Below, piece after piece: positions 24,995 to 38,184 of a stretch of 64,000 nucleotides of DNA. Both the position numbers and the translations under genes were made by a program. How positions within the stretch are numbered: position 1 is the stretch's first letter; each line of letters starts with the position of its first letter. The notes under the pieces are model-generated. The model worked only from the letters and a program-made list of their open reading frames with translations, searched no databases and had not been told where the DNA came from. The stretch is from Vicugna vicugna (lineage: Eukaryota), in assembly GCA_013265495.1 (NCBI GenBank), contig MU058289.1, positions 1 to 64,000 on the forward strand, given 5' to 3'.

Positions 24995-26880
24995 CTTACA
25001 AGAGGCATAAAATGTGACTTTTGGACAATCTACACCGTTTGTACCCTACATCAGGTCCAGGCCCTGATTAATTCTAAGGGAACTGAATGGCTATCGCCTG
25101 GGAAATCCATTCAAGTTCAGGCCAAGTTGTTGGACAACCCTGTCGTGACCATAAAAACTGGCCAAACCCTGAACGCTGTGAGTCGGGCAGAGTCAGGAAA
25201 TCTAGAGAATTGTATAGAGACAGTAGTCACAGTTTATTCCAGCAGCCTGACCTGAAGGCTGAGCTAATCCCCCAGGTGGAAGAAGAGTGGATTATAGACG
25301 GTATTAGCTTTATAAAGGAAGGGAAGAGACATGCAGATTATGCCACTGACACTTTGGGAGAAGTAAGAGAAGCAAGTGCCCTTCTGGGGACCTCCGGTCA
25401 AAAGGCTGAGTTAATAGCTCTACCCGGACGCTAGAGCTGGGGAAAGGGAAGGGGAAAGGGAAGCGCCTCAACATTTATACCGACGCTCGGTGTGCCCAGG
25501 CCAGTGTACATGCCCATGGCACAATCTGGGAAGAAAGCGGTATGCTGCCACAAGCAGGTTAAACGTGGGGCGGAGACCCTAAGGCATTCACAAGCTGCCA
25601 TACCGCCCAGAGTGGTGGCAGGTGTTAGTCACTGCAGAGGCCACCAAAAGGGAGCTGGGGAGGTAGTAAAAGAGCACAGAGCAAATGCAGCAGCTTAGGA
25701 AGCTGCCCTGAGATCTAACTCCCCTGTGGTCCTGCCCTTAATGCCAATAAAACCTGACCCGCTCCAGTACACCCCGGTCTATGCAGAGGAAGAGCCCGGG
25801 AGCCTTCCCAGGGTGAGTGGCTGACCACCCAACAGGGACAGCACTTCTTCCCCAAACCCGCAGCCCACCAGTCAGTGAGAGAAGCCGATCAGGGAGCCCA
25901 GGATGGGAAAGAGGCCCTCCGTAACTGGCTCATAAGGATGCTGGTGACACCCAGCCTGAGAGACCTGACAGAACGAGAGGTCAAGTCCTGTTCCAGGCCA
26001 GGTAAGGGGTAACTACCCTGGGGAAGACTGGCAGATACATTTCACTGTCACACCCCGAGTGACAGGAAATTTCAGGTACCTCTTGGCGTTAGTGGACACT
26101 TTCTCTGGGTGGACGGAGGCCATTCCCACCAGAAAAGAGATGTCCAGAGAGATCTCCAAGATATTATTAAAGGGAACAATCCCAAGGTTTGGGCTCCCCA
26201 GTTCTCTTCAGAGTGACAACAGGCCTGCCTTTGTGTCCCCAGGTCAGCACACATCCTGCCCAGGCTCCTGGTGTGAAGTGGAGGTTGCACTCAGTCAGGA
26301 GACCTCAATCTTCTGGAAAGGTTGAAAGGACAAATCAAACCCTTAAGAGGACACTGGGTAAACTGTGCCAGGAAGCCCACGAAAGCTAGATTAAGCTTTT
26401 ACTCATGGCCTTGCTTCGCTTACACCTGGCCCCACAGGGAAAGTTAAAATGAAGTGCCTTGAGCTAATGTATGGTAGGTACGCCGATCCCCTCTGTGGAA
26501 AAAGAGGGGCCCTGGAGTCCTCATGAAGTGGAACAACTCCGATACAACAGCTCTCCAGGTGGGAGAAGCTATGAAGGTCGTTACTGCCTATGGAAGCCAG
26601 GGGCCTCCTGCCCCCAGATTTCATGCTACATCCATTCCAGCCAGGAGACTGGGTTTTTCTAAAAACTTGGAAAATTGGGAGTTCTCAGGACCAATTATCA
26701 CCTAACTGGAAGGGACCATATCATGTAATTTTGACAGCTCATTCTGCCCCAAAGCTGTATGGCATTACTCCATGGATACACTATAGCAGAGGGAAGGGCA
26801 CCCCTAAACTCAAGACAGGAGAATCGCCCTCACAGTATCCTGGTGAACGAACCCCTTTCAGATCTAACGCTCAGTAGGTA
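24995..26880 (+). mobile_element. pol: Class I (gamma-like) ERV pol remnant: connection, RNase H and integrase, disrupted
   Basis: WIIDGISF...SGQKAELIAL (RNase H); YLLALVDTFSGWTEA...IPRFGLPSSLQSDN; PQSSGKVERTNQTLK; FQPGDWV...WKGPY (GPY/F module); spread over several frames. Confidence 0.93.
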
Positions 26881-26899
26881 TACTCCCCATCTGAATCTG

Positions 26900-27500
26900 T
26901 CCATGTTTTCACTCGTGATCCTGTCCCCTGCACCCATGGCAGGTCCATCACTGAGAGAAGAGGGGAACTAGATTACTTGTATTTGGGACAGTAACCCTCG
27001 TTGGAACCTTGATTGGTCTGGCCGGGGGAGGGGGTGCAGTTATACAACAATGTGGTCGCCAGGAACCTCACCGGTGTGGTGGCAACCAGAGCTCAGGAAG
27101 CTGGGCAAGACGTTAAGATCACACAAAAATCCCTAGCTTGTCTGGCCCGGATGGTGACTGACCAGCACATTGCTCTGGATTACCTCCTGGTTGAACAAGT
27201 CTGTGGATGTGCACTGGCCAACACTTCTTGCTGTTTCTATATTAATGTAACAGGTGAAATCGAGGTTAGTGCAGATAACATTCTGCAACAAGCCCCCTGG
27301 TTGAACTTGGTTCGTCCCTTTTCTGGGACCCTTAGCGGCCGTTATTCTTCTGTTCCCTTTTAGACGCTGCCTTCTTAACTGCCTGTGTCTTTTGTCAGCA
27401 AGAGGCTGGACTCTTCAGCTTCAAGTGGTGGTAGCTCAGGGATATGAGCAGTTGGGCCTTCAGCCTGGTGGCAATCAAATCTGTCTGAGTTGGCTAGGGA
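26900..27500 (+). mobile_element. env: ERV env remnant: TM ectodomain, SU largely deleted
   Basis: SLACLARMVTDQHIALDYLLVEQVCGCALANTSCCFYIN = immunosuppressive domain plus CX6CC of gamma-type TM. Confidence 0.88.
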
Positions 27501-27625
27501 AAGGTTCTGCTCCTCCACTGGGCCCTAGACCTCACCAATATTTCAGCAGGAAGCATTTACAGAAGTTGGGGCGTCGCCCCTCAGCATCCCTCAAGATTGA
27601 GTAGCAGGACACAGAGGAGGGATTT

Positions 27626-28223
27626 TGTCACTGGAAAGAAACCCCCACCTGTACAGAGACTAACCTACTTTATTTTCCCCCCACACCACAATCCGTTAGT
27701 CATGCCCACAGCTGTGCTTGCTTAACAGAAACTAAGGCAGATGCTACATAAGCAAAATCACAGAACCAGCCAGAGCCAGAAAGGGCCCAGATGGCAACAG
27801 TCAACTGCCCCGAACCCGTTCCCACCTGACCACAGGGGCAGCGCCTGCTCAGATGAGACCCAAAGGGTCTGAAAGTTGTCTCTGCCTCATTACCATGCTA
27901 AGCTCTCTGCCCAGAGGAGGGCCTTACGCTTCACCAGGCACAGTTAGTGACGGGCAGAGGAGCCCAAAGAACTGCACATGCCCCAGCTACTTCTGGAAAT
28001 CGCCGCCCCTCTCCCAGAATTCTGATGGCTTCCCCATTTCTTACCCCTAAAAGTTTCCCCACTTTCTCCCCACAGGGAGAGCATGAGCTCTCCCTTCGCC
28101 ATTCCTTTATCTACATGTAAAGTTTCTGCTCTTGGCTGAACTTGGTCTCGTTCAATTGGCACGAGTGGCACTGGGCAAGGAAAGGACCCAGCTCAGGGCC
28201 CACTTGATCCAAGATCGGTAACA
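27626..28223 (+). mobile_element. 3' LTR of the ERV
   Basis: Purine tract agaggaggga before TGTCACTG; ends CGGTAACA (imperfect inverted termini). Confidence 0.8.
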
Positions 28224-29181
28224 CCTGGAAGGGCCTTTGCTCCTAAACCTTTACTCTGGGTTCATGTTCCTCTGGCCATTTCTAGGAAACCGAGGCCTTT
28301 GTCATAATAAAGTGAGAGCACAGAGGAGCAGCAGAAACCCCATGGTCACAAGCTCCTAGAAACTCCAGCATGCACAGCTAGCCTCAGGGTGCCCATCACT
28401 CCCCTAAGGCCTGATCCGTATCAGCTCCTCACAGGACACAGGAGTAGGACACAAGAAAAACTCTACAGGATCTGCTCCCATGAGGGTGTGGAGGCACTAT
28501 TGTGAAAACAGGGGACAGGCCCTGAGAAAAAAAAACAGCAGAAGACAGACACTAGTACCAATCCCAGAAGCACAGAAGGGAGAATCTGTGCCCATCCCCT
28601 GCCAGTTACATTCCTAGAGTCAACATCGACCAATGGTCACAGGCTCCAACTTCCTTTAGAGTCTCAGAGATCCCCCAAAGTACCATAGCACAGCCAACAG
28701 AGGTCTCAGAAACACTGAGATGAAGACAGGAACCTCCCACACCCACTCAATTCACAGCCAGACCCCTACATCACTACACAAAGTAACAACCATACTCACA
28801 AAGACACAACAGCACCACTACAAACCACAAATCCACCATTAGAAACACTGAGATAAGTACACCCTCCTCCATACTCTGAGCCCGTTCACAGCCAAATTCC
28901 CACCCAGTCAGTAACACAAATGGTGACATACAGCCACACAAATGATGCTCACCATCCTCAAAGGTCCACAAAAGCACTGTAACACTGCCACAATTCCAGC
29001 CAATATAAATCCCAGTGACACAAGAATGACGAGTCACTCTATCTCCACCTCCCTTCATCGCCAAACTTACTAGAGCCAATAACACAAGCAGGCGCAAGCA
29101 GTCACATAAAATTACATTCACACAGTCGTACTGTCACACTCACAACCTGGACAACACAGATAGAATGACGGTCCCTCCACA

Positions 29182-29815
29182 TGACACCGAGGACTAGATC
29201 CATTAAACTATAACTTGCTTAGCTAATAAACAGTGAATTGTAACTTGCCTTCACTTATCAAGCTCGCTTTAATTGTTCTTGCAAATTGCGTACCCTCCAA
29301 GCTTCACGCAGCTTAGACAGTATCGCAAGACTCTTCTAACCGCTCCCTATGGATAAAACCTCTGAGTGTGGGTCACTATGGTTAACAGTTGCCTAAGTTG
29401 TTTTTCAGGAACCTGGAGCTAGTTCTTGCCCAGCTTAAGCCGGTAGAGACCACCAACCATTCAAATGGGCCTGTATGAGTGTCAGATGGATGACCTTTTG
29501 ATGACCTTTTGACGTCAGAAGGCCAAAAAAGCCATTTTCTGAACACGCATCCTGTGAAGAAGCCTGAAGCTCAGTTACGCCTGCACGGAAGAATGATTAC
29601 CTCACCTTTTCCTGCATCCACTCTCCCCTGCACCTGTGACCACCCATAAATATCTCAAGCTCCTAGCTTTACAGGAGGCAGATTTGAGGCTTATTCTCCT
29701 ATGCCTTCGCTTGGCTTCCCCTTGAATAAACCCTTTCTCTGCTACAAAGCTGAGTGTCAGGCACCTCAGCATTTGGCTCGCTGCAGGTGGGGCAAATGAA
29801 CCTGGTTGGGTAGCA
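29182..29815 (+). mobile_element. Solo ERV1-type LTR
   Basis: TG...CA ends, AATAAA at about 29726, 4-bp TSD CACA on both sides. Confidence 0.75.
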
Positions 29816-29949
29816 CACATACATAGTAACATAAACAAGAGGCGCACACAGCCATGGAAACCCCATTCACATCGTTCCAAAAGGCGACAAACATAAACCT
29901 GCAGTCACAATCATGCACAATGTTACACAACCTACACACACTCCTCCGC

Positions 29950-30610
29950 TTCCCCAGCTCCAGCACCCGCAGCCTTCAGATCCCCGCCAGGGCTCCCGGC
30001 TTCCTCACGAACCACCGGGTAGGTTTAGTCCGGATCGGCCTCAGCTGAACCCTCCACTCAAGCGGACCTCCCACCGCTGACCCGGGACATCGACCCGGGG
30101 ACGCCGGCTGCCGGGCCGAGCGCTCCAAGGCGAAGGAACTGAGAGAGTAGCCCCGAGCACAGAGGTCTCCGGGAAATGTGGCCCAGAGCCTAGAATTGCG
30201 GGACTTCGGGAGACAACGAATTCGCTCACGTCGTGTACCAGAGATTTAGCCGAAGCACCAGCTTGCGCAGGTGGTTGCCTAGAGGCGGCGAGGGTTCTGG
30301 GAAATGTAGTCCAGGACGAGACGTCACAGAGGGGCGCGGTGGACCCTGGGAAATGTAGCCCCATCCCCATGGTCCTAACTTTTCTCCGCGCGGACCTGCT
30401 GCGTTGCAGTGGCTTTCGGAGTGCGGAGAGGTCCAGGGCTGCCGTTAGAAAACCCGGACCGAGACTCTTCTCCCGGAACTGAGCTTCCTTTGTTGGCTGT
30501 GGTCAGTTCACGCCCTCTGGGAGCGAGTCAGTGCGTCCCTGAGATGGGTGGGAGTCGCAGGGAAGGGAGAAAAACCTGCAGCTCTAAACCGAGGGAGGCT
30601 CTGGTATGAG
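29950..30610. promoter_or_regulatory. CpG-island promoter with clustered ZNF143/SBS motifs and no intact coding gene attached
   Basis: gggaaatgt[ag]g at about 30171, 30299 and 30348; CRE-like gacgtca at about 30320; donor-like ctg|gtatga at about 30603; CA-rich left flank. Confidence 0.8.
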
Positions 30611-30739
30611 GAGTGGAGGGAGGCAGTTGCCGAAGGGATTCAGAGAATGTGGGATCCTGAGTGACATGATCGTGTGATTCTGTGCAAATGTGATACATCG
30701 CTCCTGTAACGGGCATTGTGGGAGGCTGCGTATTTGAGA

Positions 30740-32420
30740 CCGTGGGACATAAAATCAAAAGAAATTGTTTTAAAGTGTCAAATGATAAGAGAATTAAGAG
30801 TTTCAAGTCTTCTAGACACTGAATAGAATAATAGGAATTCGAGAAGAGAGAACAGAGAAAATAAAATGGTGAAAATTATCAAATATTCTGAGAAAATTTC
30901 TCAAAAGTAACACACATGGTTCGAGATGGAAGTCCATCAAGTTAAGCACCAATGGATGAAAAAGAGCCATTGTAAGGCATATAATGGACAATTTCAAAGT
31001 ATCTGGGTTGGCAGACGTCGACTGCTGGCCAACAAGGAATAAGTCTGTTACAGTATGTCTCTTCCACTAATTAAAACTTAACACTCTGGACCAAAACCAA
31101 AAAGCAACTACCTATGGCTCAGAAATGTAAATAACAGCAAGTAGAAAAGAAATAAAAACTGAAGAATGAACAATATGGAGGCATGTTTACTGGAATATTT
31201 TCCTCCTTTTTTTCTTGGCTTTGACTGCACGTGGGCATGTCCCAGAACCGTGCAGTGGGTGCAATCAGCAAAAGCCATGAGAGAAAACCCTTCTTTCTAG
31301 ACAGAGGACTAGAAAAAGAGGCTCCTGGAAGGGGTGAGGAATCCCCCTCTCTTTTTCTCTTTTCTCTTTATTCTCTACTGACATTGCACTAACACCAGCT
31401 CCAGTCTGAGGCTGCACTGCCACTACAGTAACTGTCAGCAGAACCAAGAGACTGGTAGGGTCCAAACTGGGTGTATTACTGTTTCTCTCTCTCGCTACTC
31501 TTACCTCACCCCAAAGTGAGTTGTCTGACAGCATAGAGAGAGGGGAAGCAGACAAAATTTTGACAGAAACTCACTCTTTCTAACCAGAGGACTAGCAGAA
31601 GGAGCTCCTGGAAGATGTAGAATGTGGAGGAAATCCTGGATAAGAGACCTCCAGGAGGACCCCCTAATTCTGTGAATGAACTGACACAAGACCCACACTT
31701 ACCTGCAAGCTGTACATGAGTGACGGACCCAAAGAAGCATAATAAAGGCTCTGAGAACTGAACTGTGATACAGACCACTGTGTAAGTCCTAGTCTAACAG
31801 AGTGGGACATGTGCAGGCATTCTCAAAGTAGCACAGCAAAACCTTTGAAAACTGAACTGATGGCTCCACTGCCTACAGAAGGTTAAACAGAACTTTCAGT
31901 CTGGACCTAAGTGGGTATACTGCCTACTAAAATTTAAAAAAATAATTATCCAGCTGCTTTTAACAGAAAACAGACTCTCAGAAAGTATGTCAAGTGTCCA
32001 GTATACAATCCAAAAATACTTAATATACAAAGAACCAGTAAAAGTAATCAATTATCAAAGGAAAGGAAAATCAACAGGTACCAAAGTAAAGATGATTCAA
32101 ATGTTAGAATTATCAGACAAAAGCTTTAAGGCAGTTATGACTATGCTGCATTTCACTCTTTAATTGAATGGAAATACAGAATTTCTCAAACATAAACACT
32201 ATAAAAAATCCAAATGGTAATATTAAGACTGAAATGGGCTCACTGCAGAATGAAGATAACAGAAGAAAAGAGTCAGTGAATTTGAAGGTTGATCAATAAA
32301 ATTTACCCAAGCTGAGGAACGGAGAGAAGATTGGCGGGGGGCTAGGGGGAACAAAGAACAGATCCTTAGCAATTTGTGGGACCATGTCAAATACTCAAAA
32401 ATTTATGCCATTGATCCAAA
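30740..32420 (+). mobile_element. L1M 5' and ORF1 region fragments
   Basis: ORF1-like atgttagaattatcagacaaaag, gagtcagtgaatttgaagg, ttgtgggaccatgtcaaa. Confidence 0.65.
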
Positions 32421-32434
32421 TTGGAAATAGACTG

Positions 32435-32628
32435 TATTTTTTAATTAAGTTACGTACATTATTTTTTTAGACATATTGCTGTTGTACCTTTAATAAACTA
32501 CAGTATAGTATAAACGTACCTTTTATATACACTGGGAAACCAAAAATTTGTGTGACTCGCTTTATTGCGATACTTGCTTTATTGCGGTGGTCTGGAACGG
32601 AACTCAGTATCTCCAAGGTACGCCTGTA
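32435..32628 (+). mobile_element. Tigger1 terminal fragment
   Basis: tgtgactcgctttattgcgatacttgctttattgcggtggtctggaac...ggtacgcctg-TA matches the Tigger1 terminus. Confidence 0.85.
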
Positions 32629-33366
32629 TTGATTTTTACTCAAGTTGAGATTTTCCTGTTTCTGTGAAATTTCCTAGTTTTCCTGTAATTTTTCTATTTT
32701 TGGTTTTATATTATAATACTAGATCTTACTTAAACCTTCAGTTTTAGCTGGCTTCCTCTGACACTGTCATGGCTGGGAGAGCTGGAGACACTACCTTGTT
32801 TCTTCCAGCTGTGGGTACAAGTCTAGGTACCCCACTCAGCCTCCTTTGACTCCTGAGGAGGGGAAGGCTTCCTTGTTCCTGCTGAACAGGTAGGGAAGTT
32901 CCAGCTCCCCATTAGACGTCCACTGGTAACCACCCCGGCTGAGAGGGGTAAGACTGTGTATCATAACCGTGCCCTGGGTAGTCTCCACTGACGCTACAAG
33001 GGTGTGTGGTCTCATTAACGCTGAGCAGCGGTGAACGTCCTGACATTCCAGTTGGCCTCCCTGAGACCACCCAGTAAGGTTGAGGGATACAGGTGCCTCA
33101 TTACTGCTGCGCAGAATTCCCAGCTCCGCAAACGGTCTACACTGACAACACGGGTGGGAGGGCTGTCTCACTACCACCCAGTGGAGATAACAGTCCCAAC
33201 CCCCTAGTCATCCTTTTCTGAAGGGGATGTAGGGCTGGAGCACCTTTTCACAGCCTGGCAACAGTGGAAATCTAAGCCCCCAACACTGCCTTTGCTGGTA
33301 TAGGTGTAGCCAATCTTTTCTATGGTGTTTGACTAGAGGAGAGCAGCTATTATCTAAAATTCTGTC

Positions 33367-33485
33367 GGGGGAAGGGTCGTAGCTCAGCGGTAGTGTGTGC
33401 TTAGCATGCACAGGGTCCTGGGTTCAATCCCCAGTATCTCCACTTAAATAAATTGTATTCAAGTTTTTTTTTCTAATTAAAAAAA
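33367..33485 (+). mobile_element. tRNA-derived SINE (Vic-1-like)
   Basis: gtagctcagcggtag...ggtcctgggttcaatccccagt; TSD taaaatt[c/t]tgt. Confidence 0.85.
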
Positions 33486-35726
33486 TAAAAATTTTGTTTT
33501 ACTAGGCTGTCCCTTTCCTTGTTCTCTGGTTAGAGAGCAAGTTTGTTGGGGCTTTACTGTCCTAATTGGCATTTCTGGGTTGCCAGCTTCTCCAGCTCCA
33601 AATCTTGGATATTCAAGGCAAAAAGAAAACCGAGCACTAACCACCATGTTATTCCTTAGGTCCCACGGTCCCAACCCTGCCTTCTTCTTTCCACCTTTCA
33701 GTCTTATGTTTGTTCTCTGTAAACATCCAGGGTTTTTATCTGTACTCAGTCGGGGAAATAGGAAAAAGTACATCTATTCAACCTTTCCTGAAGCATTAGT
33801 CCCTCTTCTATTATTTTTAAATTACTTCTACCTTATACATCTGTTCTTTTCTTGCCCTTTAATATGTCTATTGTACATATAGAGGATATTCTAGATATAC
33901 TTCTCCTTTCATAATTTCAATGTCATTTTCCTTGGTCCTGTGATGACTTATCAAGCTGTTAAGGCTGACTGACTTGGTACTCTGCCATATCCATTCTTCT
34001 AATTATAGTTCCTGAGTCCAATTGCTTCATTTTATTGTTCACTTATAAAAGGACTGGACTGAATAGTCTTTAGCCTCCCAATTTATCTCTAAAGATGTAC
34101 TATTATCAATCCAATAATGGTTTGAGAACTAATGGTTAATTCCTAGCCATGTAAATTTCTACCTCATCTGTAAGATGAAAATGATTTACTAGCTATGTTA
34201 ATTCTATTTTCATCTGTAAAATGGAAATAAATGACACACTTCAGAGACTTGATGTGAGTACTGACACATTGTAAGACTCAATTATTGGTAGTTATTATTC
34301 AAAACCCTGATTCCTGAGGAAAAAATGCAGAGAGGAAAAGGAAAGTCTCAGTGGAAGAGGGACAACAGATCTCTACCTCTGATGAATACATTTGGATAGC
34401 TGGTAGTTAAGAGTTATAATGGATAGACATTCCGAGCAGAGGAAAAGGCAATAAAGGAAGATGTTTTATGGCCCCTCACATGGTTGGGTACAATATAAGG
34501 TAGCTATTAATATGTATCCAGGCAACACAGGCAATGTGGGGTTAACCATGACTAATAAATCTTGACTAACAGTGATTCAGGTTTCCAACAGTCAGGTCAC
34601 TTAATCTACACTCTATTAGGATGGAGTAAGACGTACTCAGGGAGTTCAGGTCATCTGCCTCCTGATACACTGAGTAAAATGACAATTTTGAATTTCAGAC
34701 TCAACTTCCCTCTAAGGGTCAACACTACCAGCCTTGTTGGGGGTGGTGCAGGCAGGTACCTTAAAGGATGGCCAACAGACACATGAAGGTATTCGCCTGG
34801 TTTTGTTTTAGCAACAGGCTTTACTCGGTTGATGCCAAAGCTGCAAAAGCACAGGAGCATAGTTAAGAGCTAAGTAATGCATAAGAGATGAAGGAGAAAA
34901 AATGTAGTTCAGGAAAATTTCTTACAACGGAAATCCTTACAGAGAATCTTTTTCCTACTGTGGGTGATAAGTGGAGGCAATTTTAAACGGTGTACAAACA
35001 TCTGGTGCAATTCCTTAGTAGATTTACTATGTAACATCCTTTTTTAAAAACGGGTTGGGAACTTCGTATCAGAAAGGATCAAGACTCACAAAGACATTTA
35101 TATAAGTCATGGTCATTCTTCCAAAAAGGCTAGTAAAAGATATACAGTAATGCTGTGGTGTTTAACTGAGATTAAGAGCTTTTTAAAAAGGTTTTTAAAA
35201 AATCAACCTCAAATGCTGTATCGCTGATGTTCATCATTCAAGAAAACCTTTAATAACATTATTTATATCAAGTTACATTGTGATGAGGGACTAAATAAAA
35301 AATACCTTCAGGAAAGATCGGCTTACACAGCAGAAGTCTGTCCAGTGTGAACCACTTTTTTCATACCTATCCCATCCTCTCCACTTTGTAAACAGTCACT
35401 TGATGGTGAGAATCCCTTCATAATGTGTATGTATATCAAATCCTCATGTTGTACGCTTCAAATATCTTACAATTTTGTCTATTATACCTTAATAAAGCTG
35501 GAAAAAACAAACAAAAAACTATTTGTGTCAAAGCAGTGAGAAGAAGGAAATAATCTGCAGGTTAAAACAGATCCAAATGTTTTAACTATAACTCAAACTG
35601 TGGAAGTTCTGGGAAGCTGAAAGGTTTTCTCTTTTTAAAAATGAAATAATCAAAAACTTAATTTTTAATGCATATGCCGTTACCATGGAAATTTACAGAG
35701 CAGGAAAATGAACATTCCAAAATCAG

Positions 35727-35732
35727 TTTATT
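35727..35732 (-). other. Candidate ZNF146 polyadenylation signal
   Basis: AATAAA on -, about 1.6 kb past the stop; other AATAAA hexamers exist nearby. Confidence 0.45.
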
Positions 35733-37305
35733 GGAAAAAGACAAACTATATGAAGTCTGTCCATGTATCCTTATTGAACTAAATGTTCTTAAAAATTCCT
35801 AAGCTCAAATGACATATCACAAAATAGTGTCAGAAATGTGAAGGCAGAGCATATAGTGTACACTATAATGTAAAAATAAAATAAAACAAATTTGGATTAT
35901 GCTGTCATTTTTAATTTTAATAAAATAGATATTCATACTACATAGAGAGCAAGTCCATCCACTCGATAAAATTTTAGAAATATCTTCTATAAAAAGTTTA
36001 GTAGCTGATTGGGAATGAATCCATCAGAACGTGGTTTCCATTGGTACAGTGTTCCCATCCTCACCCCCATTCTTATTAATTGAGAAAATTTAAAAATACA
36101 GAAAAGTACAAAAAATAAGACAAGATATCCATATACCACAGTCCAGAATTAACCAGTATTTCGATATATTTACTTACAGTCCTTTTTTTTTCTTTAAAGA
36201 GAAATGGATGTTTATACATAAAACTGAAGCCCCCTCAAGCCAACCCCTCCCCTCCCCCACACGCATCCCCTTCCCTTCTTCACTCTTTACAGGCAACCAC
36301 TATCAAGAGTTTGGTCTGTATCCTTCCAATCATTTCAAAAACAATTAAAAAACATACATACAGAAGGTATTCATTACCAATATATAGCACTGAATTTTGT
36401 GAGAACTTTTACTTCAAATTTACAAAAATGTCATCGTATTATATGTCATTCTGCAACTTTCTTTCCCCTTAATGTGATATTTGAGATCTTTCTCTGTAAT
36501 ACACATAGATCTCGTTTATTACATTTTTACAGATATACAGTATTCCATCTTAAGTATTTCCCATTTTGTTCCTGATGGGCATTTAAGTTGTTTCCAATTT
36601 ATGACTACTACAGATCATGCCATAGTAAAAAGCCTGGTACGTATTTTCTGAGCACACAAACTCAAGAGTAGAACTGCTACGTATTTTTCAATTTGCTGTT
36701 TAAGGAATGTTCCCCAACTCCCAAGGTCGTAACCATTTTAGTATATAGCATTTTCATATTCCTCTTTTTAATCCCCTTGGTTCTTACCTTTGTGTGTAAG
36801 TTCAGCATCTACTTTTCTTTTTCCCTGGAGAAGAAATTACCTCCAAATCATTTTTAAAATAGTCCCATAATCTTCTCATCTCCTGATGCCGTTTCTATCG
36901 TATTATAAATTCTAATAAATGCATAGGTGTTTCCAAAAGCTCTTCTGTTCTGCTAAACCAATATTATAAGAGTTTCTTGCTTTCTAATACTTCCAACTTA
37001 TTTTTATTACGCTGAAGATCTCCAAATCTATGCAGATAGCAACGATAAGCATGTTTTCCATTTCCAGTTTTAGTGGAAATGTACCTGAAGTTTCAGCATC
37101 ACTTTTGCTGTAGGTATTTTGTTGGATACAGGATTTTTATCATACAAGTGTCTCTCTTCAGGCTGAGTTCTCTGGTGTCCTTTTAAGTTTTTAGCTTTTG
37201 TTTCCCTCATTTGTGATGTTTTCCTTCAAAATGATTATTTCTCCTGTGTTAGGAGGTGTAAATTGCTCATGAACACTTATCAATTTTCATGATATCCAAA
37301 GGTTT

Positions 37306-38184
37306 TTAATGAGTATGAATTTTCTGGTGTCTAATGTGGTGTGACTTCTGGCTGAAAGCTTTCCCACATTCACTACATTGATAAGGCTTCTTACCTGTGT
37401 GAATTCTCAAATGTAGAGCAAGGGTTGAGAACTGAGAGAAAGCTTTCCCACATTCATTACAACCATAGGGCTTCTCACCTGTATGGCTTCTCACATGCAC
37501 TGTAAGAGATGAGCTTTGAGAGAAGGCTTTTCCACATACATTGCATTCATAAGGCTTGTCACCTGAATGAATTCTCACATGTACAATAAGTGATGTTCGC
37601 TGAGAGAAGGCCTTTCCACATTCATTACATTCATATGGTTTCTCTCCAGTGTGAATATTTTGATGTTTTATGAGGTACTTCTTCTGACCGAAAGCTGTTC
37701 CACATTCACTACACTTAAAGGGTTTCTCTCCAATATGAATCTTCTCATGCTCGGTAAGGTTTGATTTGCCACTGAAGGTTTTCCCACACTCCTTACATAC
37801 AAAGGGCTTCTCTCCCGTGTGAGTCCTCTGGTGTCTGATGAGGTTTGACTTCTGAATGAAAGCTTTCCCACAATCCTTACACTCAAAAGGTTTCTCTCCA
37901 GTGTGAATTTTCTGATGGGTAAGAAGGTTTTCCTTTTGGCTGAAGGATTTTCCACATTCGTTACATTCAAAAAGCTTCTCTCCAGTATGGGTGTTCTGAT
38001 GTTTAATGACATACTGCTTTTGGCTGAAGGCTTTTCCACATTCATTACATTCAAAAGGTTTCTCTCTATTATGAAAATGCTCATGCTCAGTGAGATTTGA
38101 TTTGTGGCTGAAGGCTTTCCCACATACCTTACAGGCAAAGGGGTTTGCCCCACTACAAATTCTCTGCTGACTGAGGTGTGACAT
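37306..38184 (-). CDS. ZNF146: Zinc finger protein OZF, 292 aa, 10 C2H2 fingers, no KRAB
   Basis: Intact [12 protein letters not shown]...[14 protein letters not shown], near-identical to recalled human ZNF146; in-frame TAA 22 codons upstream of the ATG. Confidence 0.97.
   Translation of the reverse strand: MSHLSQQRICSGANPFACKVCGKAFSHKSNLTEHEHFHNREKPFECNECGKAFSQKQYVIKHQNTHTGEKLFECNECGKSFSQKENLLTHQKIHTGEKPFECKDCGKAFIQKSNLIRHQRTHTGEKPFVCKECGKTFSGKSNLTEHEKIHIGEKPFKCSECGTAFGQKKYLIKHQNIHTGEKPYECNECGKAFSQRTSLIVHVRIHSGDKPYECNVCGKAFSQSSSLTVHVRSHTGEKPYGCNECGKAFSQFSTLALHLRIHTGKKPYQCSECGKAFSQKSHHIRHQKIHTH

Noticed and set aside
27013..27363. Syncytin-like domesticated env
   Set aside because: No ATG or signal peptide in frame, SU missing, ISD degenerate, truncated near the anchor
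34560..34890. Non-repeat-looking segment with short ORFs on both strands
   Set aside because: No recognisable homology or convincing splice structure; cannot be called without a search
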